From NCBI GenBank assembly GCA_963674785.1, contig OY771555.1:896001-960000 (forward strand): a stretch of DNA of 64,000 nucleotides. The letters run 5' to 3'. Below the pieces are notes generated by a model that did no database searches, had not been told where the DNA came from, and was given only the letters and a program-made list of their open reading frames with translations. The stretch is from Caldisericia bacterium (GTDB lineage Bacteria > Caldisericota > Caldisericia > JAAYUI01). Below, piece after piece: positions 18,706-28,853 of the stretch. A program made the translations under genes and the position numbers. How positions within the stretch are numbered: position 1 is the first letter of the stretch; each line of letters starts with the position of its first letter.

Positions 18706-19726
18706 GTCGTTTAAGGAGTTATCGGGGTTAATTGCAACTCTAGGTGCAGATGTTGTTGGCAGGAATTTCCAAGTCATAAAAAAGGTCTCGAAATCACATC
18801 TTTTTGGTAAGGGAAAAGTTGAGGAGATAAAGGAAAAGGCGAGTGAGACAAAAGCTGATCGAATTGTTTTTGATTATTATCTGACTCCACTCCAAAGCCG
18901 AAATCTTGAAGAATCACTTAAAAGACCGGTTATTGATAGAGCCGGAATAATCATTGAAGTGTTTGCAAAACATGCAAGCACAAGCGAGGGCAAGCTTCAA
19001 GTAGAACTTGCCCAGTTGAAGTATAAACTACCAAGACTTACTGACAGAAATATGAGATATGACCAGCAAACTGGAGGTGGCGGTTCTGCTTACCTCAGAG
19101 GTGCTGGTGAAACCAAAAAAGAACTTCTATATAGGAGAATCAGACAGAATATCAGAAACCTCAGAAAAAGGCTTGATAAGATAAAAAAGCACAGACAGAC
19201 TCAGGCAAAGCTTAGGGACAGGTTAAAAATGCCTATTGTTTCTCTGGTTGGGTACACAAATGCTGGTAAATCAACACTTCTTTCTGCTCTTACTGGTGCT
19301 GACATCTTGATTCAGAATAAGCTCTTTTCAACTCTGGATACAACGGTTAGAAAAAGGTATTATGATGGACAGAACATCCTTTTTGCTGACACGGTAGGTT
19401 TTATCAGAAATCTCCCTGTTGAGCTTGTAGCAGCGTTCAGATCAACGCTTGAAGAGGTGCTTTCGGGCTGGCTTCTTCTGGTTGTTTTCGATGTGAGTAA
19501 TCCAGATTGGAAAAAACATCTTGAGGTTGTTGAAATAATCCTTGATGATCTTGGAGCAACACACATACCTAAATTGTATGTAGGTAATAAGGTTGATAAA
19601 GTAGATGATGAGGTAAAAAACGAGATACTTGAGGAAATTCCTGATGTGAGGTTCATCAGTGCTAGCGATAAGATCGGGACGGATGAACTTCTCGAGGGTA
19701 TTTCAGAGACTTTAAGAAATCTTTAG
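18635..19726 (+). CDS. hflX: GTPase HflX
   Basis: GKLQVELAQL, GYTNAGKST, DTVGFI, NKVD; TTG start after AGGAGG. Confidence 0.95.
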   Translation: MNKKEKLYIVGAKLQEDDQREALESFKELSGLIATLGADVVGRNFQVIKKVSKSHLFGKGKVEEIKEKASETKADRIVFDYYLTPLQSRNLEESLKRPVIDRAGIIIEVFAKHASTSEGKLQVELAQLKYKLPRLTDRNMRYDQQTGGGGSAYLRGAGETKKELLYRRIRQNIRNLRKRLDKIKKHRQTQAKLRDRLKMPIVSLVGYTNAGKSTLLSALTGADILIQNKLFSTLDTTVRKRYYDGQNILFADTVGFIRNLPVELVAAFRSTLEEVLSGWLLLVVFDVSNPDWKKHLEVVEIILDDLGATHIPKLYVGNKVDKVDDEVKNEILEEIPDVRFISASDKIGTDELLEGISETLRNL

Positions 19727-19799
19727 TCAAATGGTATCTTTGCTGTGATTGAAAACATCGGTTACAGCGTGTACATTTGTACTAAATGAGGTGGAAATT

Positions 19800-22700
19800 A
19801 TGAAAAAAATTTGTACGTGGACATTAATTTTTGTTTTGGTGTTTGGGCTGTTTGTCTTTGCCCCTGTGGAGGCCAAGGAGATATTCAAGACAAGGGAGAC
19901 CCAGGATTCATATGAGGCAAGGGTATCACTGAATCTTCAGGAAAAACTTGATGCTACACCTGTTGGTGAGACGGTTTCTGTAATGATATGGACAAATGCT
20001 CCAATCGATCTTGTTTTACAGAATCTGAAATCATCAAAACAGGTTGATGAGTTTACTTCCTTTGAGAGATTCGGATGTTATTCTGCACAGATCACACCAA
20101 ATGGAATTGAGAAACTTAGAAGTCTAAAATGGGTTGACAGAATTGAAGAAGACTATGTTTTGACTCTCCCAGATATTTCTGTTGAAGATGAAATCAACAT
20201 CGAAGAGGAAAACTGGGGTCTTAATGATCTTGGTGTTTCCAAACTCTGGGATAAGGGAATTGATGGCGAGGGAGCAATCATAGGTATTCTTGATTCGGGA
20301 ATTGATGGTGAACATCCTGAACTTGAAGGTAGAATTGAAAAATTCGCAGCATTCGATATGGGTGGTAACATTGACACTGAGGTTGAACCATTTGACCTTT
20401 ATGGGCATGGCACACATGTTGCCGGAATTGTTTGTGGCAAAACAGCAGGCGTTGCCCCAAAGGCGAAAGTTATTATGGGTTCTGTTATGCCAACAGGTTC
20501 TGGAACAATCACTCAGGTTATCGCTGGAATGGAATGGATGCTTGATCCTGACCAAGACCCAGAAACAGATGATTCACCAACGGTTGTTTCAATGTCACTT
20601 GGTGGTTCTGTTGCTGAGGATATGGTTGAGATTGCAGATGTTTTTGAAAGAGCCGGTATCCTGCTTGTTGCATCAATCGGTAACGATGGAGCAGGTGCAT
20701 CAGGTTCACCCGGAAATATACCATCAGTTCTCTCCGTTGGAGCATATGATATTGATCGAGACATTGCATTGTTTTCTTCTGGGCAGGAGCTTGATTGGGA
20801 ATATGATCCATACCATCTTACAGTTATGAAGCCAGATGTCGCAGCACCTGGAGTTGCTATCTATTCAAGTCTTCCTGGCGGTGAGTACTCACCAGCCAGC
20901 GGAACATCAATGGCAGCCCCACATGTTGCCGGTGTTGCTGCTCTTCTTCTTTCAGCTAATCCAGACCTCTCAAATATCTCAGTCCGAGAAACTCTCATAA
21001 ATACAGCTACCGATTATGGTGAAGAAGGTTGGGACAGAAGGTATGGGAATGGAATAGTCAATCCCGAAAAAGCTGTTGAGCTGGTTAAAAACTCATCTGA
21101 GATAAAAGTTGACCTTAGCGGAGATTTTGGTGATGAACCGGTCAATCTGAGTTTTGGTGAAAGAGTATACCGAATTGAGAGTGATACATCCTTCATCTCG
21201 GAAGCTGGAAAAACCATGCCAATCGAGTTGTCCTGTTTTGGTTATGAAAAACTGAACAGCGAAATTGCCACAAAAACAAATAGCTCAGAACTTGTAAGGT
21301 ATGTGGCAAATAAATTACCGGTGAAAAAATACTCTGGATTGATTATTTCAGAAAACGGTAACCCTGCACCAGGTGTTGTAAAATTCATCGATACACCTGT
21401 AGAAGTCAAAACCGACGATAGCGGTTTCTTTGAAGCAGAGGTACCAGTTGATGTCTATGATGTTGAGTTCTGGGGGATTGGATGTGAGCCTTCTACAAAA
21501 ACGATTGATATCAGCGATCCGATGACTCGAATTGTGCTTAATGAGACAGATGTTCTTGTTGCGATACCACAGTTTAAAACACCTTCACAGTATCACGCAC
21601 AGAAATACGATAAATTCTGCTACAGGGCTTTAGATGAGACAAATCTTTCATATTGCCCGGTAAACCCGTTCAATTATGATCTGAAGGTAGAAGACCTTTT
21701 GAAGTTTGATAGGGTGTATTGGTTTGGTGGTCCATCAGATATGTATGGAGAGCACTCAGACCTTCTTGCAGAATATCTTGATAGAGGCGGAAAGCTTTTG
21801 CTTTCTGCAAGCAACCTTATGCTTTACGATGCATATAGAGGATACTCTGACTCTGACCCACTTTTTGTTCAGGAATATTTTGGATTGAAGTCAATCAGAC
21901 AGGGTTATATGACAACAACTCTTGTTGGTATGGAGGATACTGACCTTGGCGAAGGGCTTGTACTCGCACTCAGTGGTGGAGATGGTGCGTCAACCCAGAT
22001 TGGTTTTGATGCTCTTGGAATAAACAGTAGGTCAGATAAACATCCAAAACCTTTCCTCCATTATTACGGTCCTCAGAGTGTTTCAGTTGAAGAGCTTGGT
22101 TATGCTGGAGTGTCCGTTGAGTCGGGCAGCTATGCAGGAATCTATCTTTCGTTTGGTTTTGAGGTTGTCAATAATGCAAAAGATAGAACCGAGCTTCTGA
22201 CCAGAATCGAGGATTGGTTTGACCAGTTCGGCGGAATTGATATGGCTTTCGTAAATGACGCTGGAACGCCAATCTACTCCAGGGTAACTGTTGCCGGAGT
22301 TGTCGATAGTGTTGAAAGTGATGAGGACAATCATGTCAGACTCAACAGTCTGAGAGCAGGTGTATACAATATCTCAGTAAGCTCGCTAGGTTTTAAAGGG
22401 CAAAACTTTGAAATTGAGATTGTCGAAGGAAAACAAACAAAAGCTGAACTCACACTATCTGACCCTGCAAACATAACATTTTCTGGGCAGGTCAAAGATG
22501 GTGATTCTGGCGAGGGGATTGAATGTAGTTTTAAAATCACAGGCAAAGAAACAAAGACATACAAAACCGACAAAGACGGAAATTTTGAGGTAAACCTCCC
22601 ATTGTTTGAGTATGATCTTAAGTTCTTCAAGAAAAGGTATCTTCATCATTACATGGAGCTAACCAGAGATTCAAGTTTTTCTGATGAAAAGCCTATAGAC

Positions 22701-23381
22701 ATTAGCCTTTACAGGTATAAAGATAAATTTGCTGTTGTTGAACAAGTTCATCCTACATGGGCAACTATCCCATCTGGTGGGTGGTTCTTCCAGGGGCTTG
22801 CTCAAAACTACGATGCGATGTTCGCCAAAGCTGGTTACAAACCAACAAAACTAATCATACCACCAGAAGGGAAAGCTTCACTCGAAGATATTGACCAGTT
22901 TGGAACCGTATTCTGGTTGACTGGTTATAATGATGAGCTAACCGACGAATGGTGGCAGGATTTGGTGGCGGACTACGTCAGTGGTGGTGGAAACCTTGTC
23001 ATGATAGGAAACGATGTTCCAATCTACCTTGCGAAAAACCCAGAGCTATCAAAGATGCTTGGTTTTGAACTTGAGTCTGGAAACTCGTTTATCTTTACAA
23101 TTCAAGGTGTAGCTGATGACCCAATAGGTGATGGAATATTGATTTCAAAGTATCACCCATATATCAGGAACAGACTACTCTCGTATCAGCCAGCAATGAA
23201 ACCTGTTGGTGATGGTGTTTCATGTTTTGATCTTGTTGGTGGCAATGGTACATCAGCAGGCGTCTGGGTGAAGAACAATAAGCAAAAAACAGTTGTCCTG
23301 GGATTCGATATGTTTGACATATTCGATGACACCGAAACACACATAGAGATTACACAAAGAATAATCAACTTTTTTGAGTAA
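19800..23381 (+). CDS. Secreted S8 (subtilisin-like) peptidase with I9 prodomain and carboxypeptidase-regulatory-like repeats
   Basis: Signal peptide; catalytic motifs ILDSG, HGTHVAG, GTSMAAPHVAG. Confidence 0.9.
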   Translation: MKKICTWTLIFVLVFGLFVFAPVEAKEIFKTRETQDSYEARVSLNLQEKLDATPVGETVSVMIWTNAPIDLVLQNLKSSKQVDEFTSFERFGCYSAQITPNGIEKLRSLKWVDRIEEDYVLTLPDISVEDEINIEEENWGLNDLGVSKLWDKGIDGEGAIIGILDSGIDGEHPELEGRIEKFAAFDMGGNIDTEVEPFDLYGHGTHVAGIVCGKTAGVAPKAKVIMGSVMPTGSGTITQVIAGMEWMLDPDQDPETDDSPTVVSMSLGGSVAEDMVEIADVFERAGILLVASIGNDGAGASGSPGNIPSVLSVGAYDIDRDIALFSSGQELDWEYDPYHLTVMKPDVAAPGVAIYSSLPGGEYSPASGTSMAAPHVAGVAALLLSANPDLSNISVRETLINTATDYGEEGWDRRYGNGIVNPEKAVELVKNSSEIKVDLSGDFGDEPVNLSFGERVYRIESDTSFISEAGKTMPIELSCFGYEKLNSEIATKTNSSELVRYVANKLPVKKYSGLIISENGNPAPGVVKFIDTPVEVKTDDSGFFEAEVPVDVYDVEFWGIGCEPSTKTIDISDPMTRIVLNETDVLVAIPQFKTPSQYHAQKYDKFCYRALDETNLSYCPVNPFNYDLKVEDLLKFDRVYWFGGPSDMYGEHSDLLAEYLDRGGKLLLSASNLMLYDAYRGYSDSDPLFVQEYFGLKSIRQGYMTTTLVGMEDTDLGEGLVLALSGGDGASTQIGFDALGINSRSDKHPKPFLHYYGPQSVSVEELGYAGVSVESGSYAGIYLSFGFEVVNNAKDRTELLTRIEDWFDQFGGIDMAFVNDAGTPIYSRVTVAGVVDSVESDEDNHVRLNSLRAGVYNISVSSLGFKGQNFEIEIVEGKQTKAELTLSDPANITFSGQVKDGDSGEGIECSFKITGKETKTYKTDKDGNFEVNLPLFEYDLKFFKKRYLHHYMELTRDSSFSDEKPIDISLYRYKDKFAVVEQVHPTWATIPSGGWFFQGLAQNYDAMFAKAGYKPTKLIIPPEGKASLEDIDQFGTVFWLTGYNDELTDEWWQDLVADYVSGGGNLVMIGNDVPIYLAKNPELSKMLGFELESGNSFIFTIQGVADDPIGDGILISKYHPYIRNRLLSYQPAMKPVGDGVSCFDLVGGNGTSAGVWVKNNKQKTVVLGFDMFDIFDDTETHIEITQRIINFFE

Positions 23382-23397
23382 TTTTTACTAATAAAGA

Positions 23398-23439
23398 ATA
23401 AAAGGCGGGGTCTTTTTTAAAGATTCCGCCTTTTTTATT
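23398..23439 (+). terminator. Intrinsic terminator
   Basis: AAAAGGCGGGGTCTT...AAGATTCCGCCTTTTTT. Confidence 0.8.
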
Positions 23440-23502
23440 TTTAGACATAAAATGTCGCAATTACCTTTTAAATATGGCAATTTGGTTGCTATAATATCGG
23501 GT

Positions 23503-23829
23503 ATGACGATTGGGATGACAATTGATATAATGTTACGCAAGATTGGTAAAACTCAATCCTGGCTCGCATCCGAGCTTGGAGTTTCAAGATCGACGGTTTG
23601 GAGGATTTGCAGTGGGAGAATAAGTCCTGGGGATGAGTTAACTTCAAATATCTCAAAAATCTTCTTGCGAGAGGGAGTCTGCCTGAAGGAAAATGATTTG
23701 ATAGAGGTTTGTGACTTTAATATCCATATTACCCTAGCAACTCTGAAGAAAATCATGGGGAACCCAAATACGAGTCCTGATGCAAGAAAAAAAATTGGGA
23801 TTGTGATAAATATGATTTCTGCAATGTAG
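23503..23829 (+). CDS. XRE/Cro-family HTH regulator
   Basis: TQSWLASELGVSRSTVWRI; extended -10 TGCTATAAT 7 nt before ATG 23503. Confidence 0.75.
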   Translation: MTIGMTIDIMLRKIGKTQSWLASELGVSRSTVWRICSGRISPGDELTSNISKIFLREGVCLKENDLIEVCDFNIHITLATLKKIMGNPNTSPDARKKIGIVINMISAM

Positions 23830-23895
23830 TAAAACAAGATAGACAACCTTTAAGTCCTTGCAGAATAGATATTTACTTGTAGTCTCTCAGATGTT

Positions 23896-25746
23896 ATGAA
23901 GACAAGAAGAGATGACTTAAGAAATATTGCTATAATTGCGCACGTTGACCACGGCAAGACCACTCTGGTGGATGGAATGCTTAGGCAGGCTCAGGTATTC
24001 CATGAAAATCAGAAAATTGTTGATCGTGTCATGGATTCAAATGACCTTGAGAGAGAACGTGGAATCACGATCCTTTCGAAAAATACGGCTATCAAAATCA
24101 TCAATCCTTCAACTGGTGAGAAGGTCAAAATAAACATTGTTGATACTCCCGGACATGCTGATTTTGGTGGGGAAGTTGAAAGAGTTTTGAATATGGTCGA
24201 TGGTGTTCTTCTGCTTATTGATGCAGCCGAAGGACCAAAACCTCAAACAAGATTTGTTCTTAAAAAGGCTCTTGGCATGGGGCACAAGGCGATTGTTGTT
24301 ATCAACAAGATTGACAGAAAAGATGCTGACCCAGACAGGGTTCTAAACGAAACATTCGATCTTTTTGTAGAGCTTGGTGCAACAGACGAACAGGCTGACT
24401 TTCCGTTGGTGTATGCTATTGCAAAGGAACAGAGGGCGGGTTTGACACCTGAGCTTTCAAAAGACCTTCAGCCACTCTTTAAAACAATTCTTGAAGAGAT
24501 TCCAGTCCCAGAGGTTGAACTAGAAACTCCATTGCAGATGCTTGTCACAAACCTTGATTATGACCAGTACAAAGGACTGACAGCCGTTGGGCGAATCTTT
24601 GCTGGACACATGAAGCAGGGCGAAAAAATCGCAAGGATCGGTCTTGATGGAAAAATAAATCCAGAGATAATCAAGTTTTTATATGTCTATGATGGACTAA
24701 AAAGAGTAGAGGTATCTGAAGCAAAAGCTGGAGATATTGTTGCGATCTCCGGGCTTGAAAGTGTGGCTATTGGCGAAACTCTTGCAAGCTTTGAGAGTCC
24801 TCTCGCACTTCCAGCAATCACAATAGAAGAGCCAACTGTAAGGATGACATTTGGAGTCAATACTTCTCCGTTCGCTGGAAAAGAAGGAAAATGGAGTACT
24901 TCGAGAAAGCTTCGCGAAAGATTGATTTCTGAACTCAAAAACAATGTTGCACTCAGAGTCACTGAAACCGAAAGCCCAGATAATTTCATAGTTTCAGGAA
25001 GAGGAGAGCTTCACCTTGCAATTCTTATTGAGACCATGAGACGTGAAGGTTATGAGTTCCAGGTTTCAAGACCTGAGGTAATTCTCAAGAAGAACAAAGA
25101 AGGAAAAACTGAGGAACCATACGAAGAAGTTCATATCGAAACAAGCCAAGAATCAGCAGGAACTGTCATTGGAATGATGGGTAAACGTCAGGGGAATATG
25201 CAGAGCATGGTTGAAAATGACTCAGGTTCTGTTGAATTGACATTCATAGTTCCTTCTCGTGGAATCCTTGGTTTCAGGTATAAATTCCTGACTGCAACAC
25301 GTGGTCTTGGAATCATGAACTCAATCCTTCAGGGATACGGACCAATGGCTGGAAAAGTCGAATCTCGTTCAAAGGGTTCACTTGTTGCGTGGGAACAGGG
25401 AAAAGCAACCCCATTTGGGCTCAAAAATGCTGAGGATCGCGGGATATTGTTTATACACCCCGGAATTGATGTTTATGCTGGAATGGTTGTTGGTGAGCAT
25501 CAGAGACCAGGTGATCTTGATGTAAACATCTGTAAAACCAAACATCTAACAAACATGCGTTCAGCCAGCAAAGATATTGAAGTCAAACTTGCAGTTCCAA
25601 GAGATATGAGTCTTGATGAGTGTATTGAGTATCTTGCAGATGATGAGCTTCTTGAGGTGACACCTGAGAGTCTTCGTATTAGGAAACGTGAGCTGGATAA
25701 AAACGTCAGACATCGTGCTCTCAAAAAAGAGAAGAAGGATTCCTAA
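23896..25746 (+). CDS. typA: Translational GTPase TypA/BipA
   Basis: [41 protein letters not shown]. Confidence 0.97.
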   Translation: MKTRRDDLRNIAIIAHVDHGKTTLVDGMLRQAQVFHENQKIVDRVMDSNDLERERGITILSKNTAIKIINPSTGEKVKINIVDTPGHADFGGEVERVLNMVDGVLLLIDAAEGPKPQTRFVLKKALGMGHKAIVVINKIDRKDADPDRVLNETFDLFVELGATDEQADFPLVYAIAKEQRAGLTPELSKDLQPLFKTILEEIPVPEVELETPLQMLVTNLDYDQYKGLTAVGRIFAGHMKQGEKIARIGLDGKINPEIIKFLYVYDGLKRVEVSEAKAGDIVAISGLESVAIGETLASFESPLALPAITIEEPTVRMTFGVNTSPFAGKEGKWSTSRKLRERLISELKNNVALRVTETESPDNFIVSGRGELHLAILIETMRREGYEFQVSRPEVILKKNKEGKTEEPYEEVHIETSQESAGTVIGMMGKRQGNMQSMVENDSGSVELTFIVPSRGILGFRYKFLTATRGLGIMNSILQGYGPMAGKVESRSKGSLVAWEQGKATPFGLKNAEDRGILFIHPGIDVYAGMVVGEHQRPGDLDVNICKTKHLTNMRSASKDIEVKLAVPRDMSLDECIEYLADDELLEVTPESLRIRKRELDKNVRHRALKKEKKDS

Positions 25747-25772
25747 GCAAAAATCGATAAGGTAATTTTTCT

Positions 25773-25800
25773 AAGCCCTCCAAAATTGGAGGGCTTTTTT
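25773..25800 (+). terminator. Intrinsic terminator after typA
   Basis: AAGCCCTCCAA-AA-TTGGAGGGCTTTTTT. Confidence 0.85.
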
Positions 25801-25877
25801 GTTTATTACCAATTACTCTTTCGTCTTTCCGGACGGTCACTGAGCCTGCATGCGCATGACACGGCATCCCATTTCCC

Positions 25878-26026
25878 CGTCATTCCGTGCTTGACACGGA
25901 ATCCAGGATTGTTTTTGAATCACGAAATATTTCGAGGGGAATTCTTGATATTGGATGGGCAATTTCACCGAATAAAAAATGATACGCCTTTCCATGCCCT
26001 GGTTTCCAGCGTTCGCTGGAAAGACG
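25878..26026. repeat. 149-bp MITE/REPIN-like element, copy 2
   Basis: Arms CGTCATTCCGTGCTTGACACGGAATCCAGG and CCTGGTTTCCAGCGTTCGCTGGAAAGACG, 90-nt core; degenerate arms nearby at about 25822 and 26039. Confidence 0.7.
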
Positions 26027-26183
26027 TAAAGAAAACCTCGTCATACCACACTCGATGCGGCATCTATGTTTTCAGTGTCGCATGAGTCATGCCATATCAA
26101 AACTAAAAAATGTCGTTTTTTTATCCAGAATTTATTCTCACCACTTTTTCTCTCCAATCCTTTATTAAATATTTATCAAAGCC

Positions 26184-26210
26184 TTGACGGGGGGGGCATT
26201 TGATTATAAT
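26184..26210 (+). promoter_or_regulatory. Sigma70 promoter with a G8 tract in the spacer
   Basis: TTGACG-N15-TATAAT; G run at 26189-26196. Confidence 0.55.
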
Positions 26211-26344
26211 TCTTAACAACTTAACCAAAAAATTGAGCTGACATCTCCATATTTTGGATTAAACCTTGGTTATGTCGGAGTTTTTTGTGTGCAAACATCA
26301 CAAAAAAGATGAAAAATCAGAAGGTTAACTTTTGGTAATTACCG

Positions 26345-26379
26345 GTGACAAACAGGTGTCACAGGTGGTGTGATAGAAT
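26345..26379 (+). promoter_or_regulatory. Palindromic operator plus -10 element, copy 1
   Basis: GTGACA-AACAGG-TGTCAC-N11-TAGAAT. Confidence 0.55.
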
Positions 26380-26413
26380 GGGAATGTCGAAATGACAGAA
26401 AAGGAGAGTGTGT

Positions 26414-26791
26414 ATGAGCTTATTATCAGGTCTACTTGGAAATGCAGGAGTCGTTAAAACAGAAGAGTTGGTTGAAAAGTATGGAAAACTCTTGACTGAA
26501 GGTGAAGAGATTGAAATTGGATTCAAGGTAATTCGAGATACATTCATGTTTACCAACAAGAGACTTATTCTTGTTGACGTTCAGGGATTAACTGGCAAGA
26601 AACAGGAGTTTTTGTCGATTCCTTATAAGTCAATTACCGCATTCTCTGTTGAAACTGCAGGGAGCTTGGATTTGGATGCTGATTTGAAAATTTGGGCTAG
26701 AGGACTTCCTCTGATCCAGAAGAAGTTTAATAAGAAGGTAAACATCTATGACCTACAAAGCTTACTTTCCAAGCATGTGCTGGGTCTTTGA
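26414..26791 (+). CDS. Bacterial PH-domain protein (YvbH/bPH_1-like)
   Basis: RDTFMFTNKRLILVDVQGLTGKK, FSVETAGSLDLDADLKIW. Confidence 0.88.
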   Translation: MSLLSGLLGNAGVVKTEELVEKYGKLLTEGEEIEIGFKVIRDTFMFTNKRLILVDVQGLTGKKQEFLSIPYKSITAFSVETAGSLDLDADLKIWARGLPLIQKKFNKKVNIYDLQSLLSKHVLGL

Positions 26792-26806
26792 TAATCGGAG
26801 ATTCGA

Positions 26807-27490
26807 ATGAAAATTATAAAAAATCTGTTGGTTGTGGTTCTTGTTTTAGGCTTAAGTTTTGGTGGGTTTGTTGGTTGTAACAACAGTTCAAATAGTGAGG
26901 AGATAAAAGAGGCAACCGTATATTTATCCCAATTGTGGTCAATGATTGATGCAGCAATTGATCTCCCGAACTATAATCCTGAAGTTGCGACCCGATGGAT
27001 ACTTAATGTATGTAGTGAGTATAAAACCTCAAATCAACATATAAGAACATCCGTAGCAGATGTTGCTGAAGTATTTTCCAAATCTCGAGATCCAGAAAAA
27101 ACAAACAATAAGTTATCAGAAATTGGTGAAAGCTATTTAAAAAAGTGGACCGAATTCGACGAAAATGATCCGGCTATTAAGAGATATTGGGTTGAAAAGA
27201 CTTTTATGTTTGCATCGGAACACCTTGAACCGATTTTAAACATTCGAAGTGAACCTGAACTGAAGTTTTTTGCAATAGTCTATTTTGCATATCCGGCACT
27301 CTTTGTTGATTATGTACCATACAAATTAGTTGCAACCCCAATTGCAGAGTTTCTTGAAAAAAATGATACTTTTTTTGCTTATTCGGAAGATCCTGACATG
27401 AATACAATGCTTTATGCTCTAATCGGAAGTGATCTGAAAGATTTATTATCAGATATAAAACTTAACACACTTAAGGAAGCCGTGGAATAA
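26807..27490 (+). CDS. Hypothetical lipoprotein
   Basis: Signal peptide ending FVGC; GGAG RBS. Confidence 0.7.
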   Translation: MKIIKNLLVVVLVLGLSFGGFVGCNNSSNSEEIKEATVYLSQLWSMIDAAIDLPNYNPEVATRWILNVCSEYKTSNQHIRTSVADVAEVFSKSRDPEKTNNKLSEIGESYLKKWTEFDENDPAIKRYWVEKTFMFASEHLEPILNIRSEPELKFFAIVYFAYPALFVDYVPYKLVATPIAEFLEKNDTFFAYSEDPDMNTMLYALIGSDLKDLLSDIKLNTLKEAVE

Positions 27491-27521
27491 AATCCAGCAG
27501 TTTTTTGAAAGGAGAAAAAAT

Positions 27522-27701
27522 ATGTTTGGAGTAACTGACATAGATATCGCAACAATATGGCTTTCTGTGATAACTATTGTTGTTTCGATAGTGATAATTG
27601 TAGTTCTTGTAAATCTCTCTAGTAAAATCAACAGAGTAAGAGAGAAGATGCTTGAAATGAAAGCTATGATTGGTGTTTTGAAGAATAAGCTCGATGAGTA
27701 A
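27522..27701 (+). CDS. Small 59-aa membrane protein (TM plus coiled coil)
   Basis: Not in the ORF track; AAGGAG RBS; MFGVTDIDIATIWLSVITIVVSIVIIVVLVNLSSKINRVREKMLEMKAMIGVLKNKLDE*. Confidence 0.65.
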   Translation: MFGVTDIDIATIWLSVITIVVSIVIIVVLVNLSSKINRVREKMLEMKAMIGVLKNKLDE

Positions 27702-27716
27702 TAGGGAGATACATAC

Positions 27717-28664
27717 ATGAAAATCATAAAGAGTTTTTTGGTTGGAATGCTTGTGATTGGGCTGGTTTTTGGTGGACTTGTTGGGTGTGGGGGAGATGAA
27801 TCTGTTAACACAGAAAAAAATAATGCTCCTACCACAGAAAACACCAGCAAAAAGTATGAGGTTGGCAATGAGATATCGTTTACGATGTCTGCTGAATTAC
27901 TGAAAGATTTTTCAGGTAGTGAAAACTCAAAAATAAAGCTTGAGAAGTACACAATCGTCAAGATAACTGATGTTTTACCAGGAGAAAAATATTACAAAGT
28001 TGAAGTAGTAGAGCCAAAAAGTTTGTTTGGAATCAAAGGTTGGGTGGAAGAAAGAACTGTTGAAGTTAAATCTCATATTTGTACATCAGAAGATTATGAG
28101 AAAGCAAAAAAAGAATTTTCAATTGAAGTACAAATTGCTGATTCTAAACCTGCTCCTAAAACAACTCAAAACAAAACTTCTAAGACAACTTCAAAACCCG
28201 CTGAGACTACAAAACCAAAAGTGACTTCTAATTATTACAGTGATAAAATTATTAGCTGTAATCTCCCAGCGAATTGGGAAGGTGATTTTTTGGATTGTTA
28301 TGAATATGTTTGTGAATCGGAGCTGTCGACGCCACCAGGAACAGTTGATTTTGATGTGGCAATAGGAATATACAACAACAAAGACTTGTTAGATTATGGA
28401 TCAATTGAAGCTGCAATAATTGTTGATTATAATGAAGGACAAGGGTATGAAGCATATGATGCCGATGGGTGTTATATAAAAGACTTAAAATATGGGAATA
28501 ACAACTACAAAGGTCTTTTTAGTGATTACTCAGGCAATACAATCTACCACTACTACAAAGCATCCGGGAATGATTTCTATTACATCCAGATTTGGATAGA
28601 AGACCAATCAAAAGTTGATGAAGTTAAAGAAGTTCTAGCAAATCTCAAATTTAAAGATTTGTGA
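27717..28664 (+). CDS. Hypothetical two-domain lipoprotein with Thr/Lys/Pro linker
   Basis: Signal peptide ending LVGC; SH3-like GIKGWV; linker KPAPKTTQNKTSKTTSKPAETTKP. Confidence 0.7.
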   Translation: MKIIKSFLVGMLVIGLVFGGLVGCGGDESVNTEKNNAPTTENTSKKYEVGNEISFTMSAELLKDFSGSENSKIKLEKYTIVKITDVLPGEKYYKVEVVEPKSLFGIKGWVEERTVEVKSHICTSEDYEKAKKEFSIEVQIADSKPAPKTTQNKTSKTTSKPAETTKPKVTSNYYSDKIISCNLPANWEGDFLDCYEYVCESELSTPPGTVDFDVAIGIYNNKDLLDYGSIEAAIIVDYNEGQGYEAYDADGCYIKDLKYGNNNYKGLFSDYSGNTIYHYYKASGNDFYYIQIWIEDQSKVDEVKEVLANLKFKDL

Positions 28665-28745
28665 TTTAGGCTGAAACTCTTTGTCATAGACTCCGCATTA
28701 AGCGTGGGATGACGGGGATTGGTAGGAGGAGAGAATCGAACCAAG

Positions 28746-28797
28746 ACCCTCCCTGGCATCTTCGATGCCTTCCCTTTCCCTAAAAAAGGGAAGGCAA
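28746..28797 (+). repeat. ACCCTCCCTG-family double-hairpin repeat
   Basis: ACCCTCCCTGGCATCTTCGATGCCTTCCCTTTCCCTAAAAAAGGGAAGGCAA, close to 8727-8774. Confidence 0.75.
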
Positions 28798-28798
28798 T

Positions 28799-28829
28799 AA
28801 AAAAAGACCCTCTTACAAAGAGGGTCTTT
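28799..28829 (-). terminator. Intrinsic terminator of etfBA (possibly bidirectional)
   Basis: AAAGACCCTCTT-ACA-AAGAGGGTCTTT with an A-tract on the plus strand. Confidence 0.75.
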
Positions 28830-28853
28830 GTGGTTTCTAACGAGTCTGTTTTA

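Noticed and set aside
19800-23381. S8 peptidase as the RiPP leader protease
   Set aside because: It lies about 30 kb from the locus, follows housekeeping genes and has a large surface-protein architecture; nothing links the two.
25786-26085. 99-aa ORF after typA
   Set aside because: It starts inside the terminator and runs through palindromic repeats (VIPCLTRNP is a repeat translation); likely spurious.
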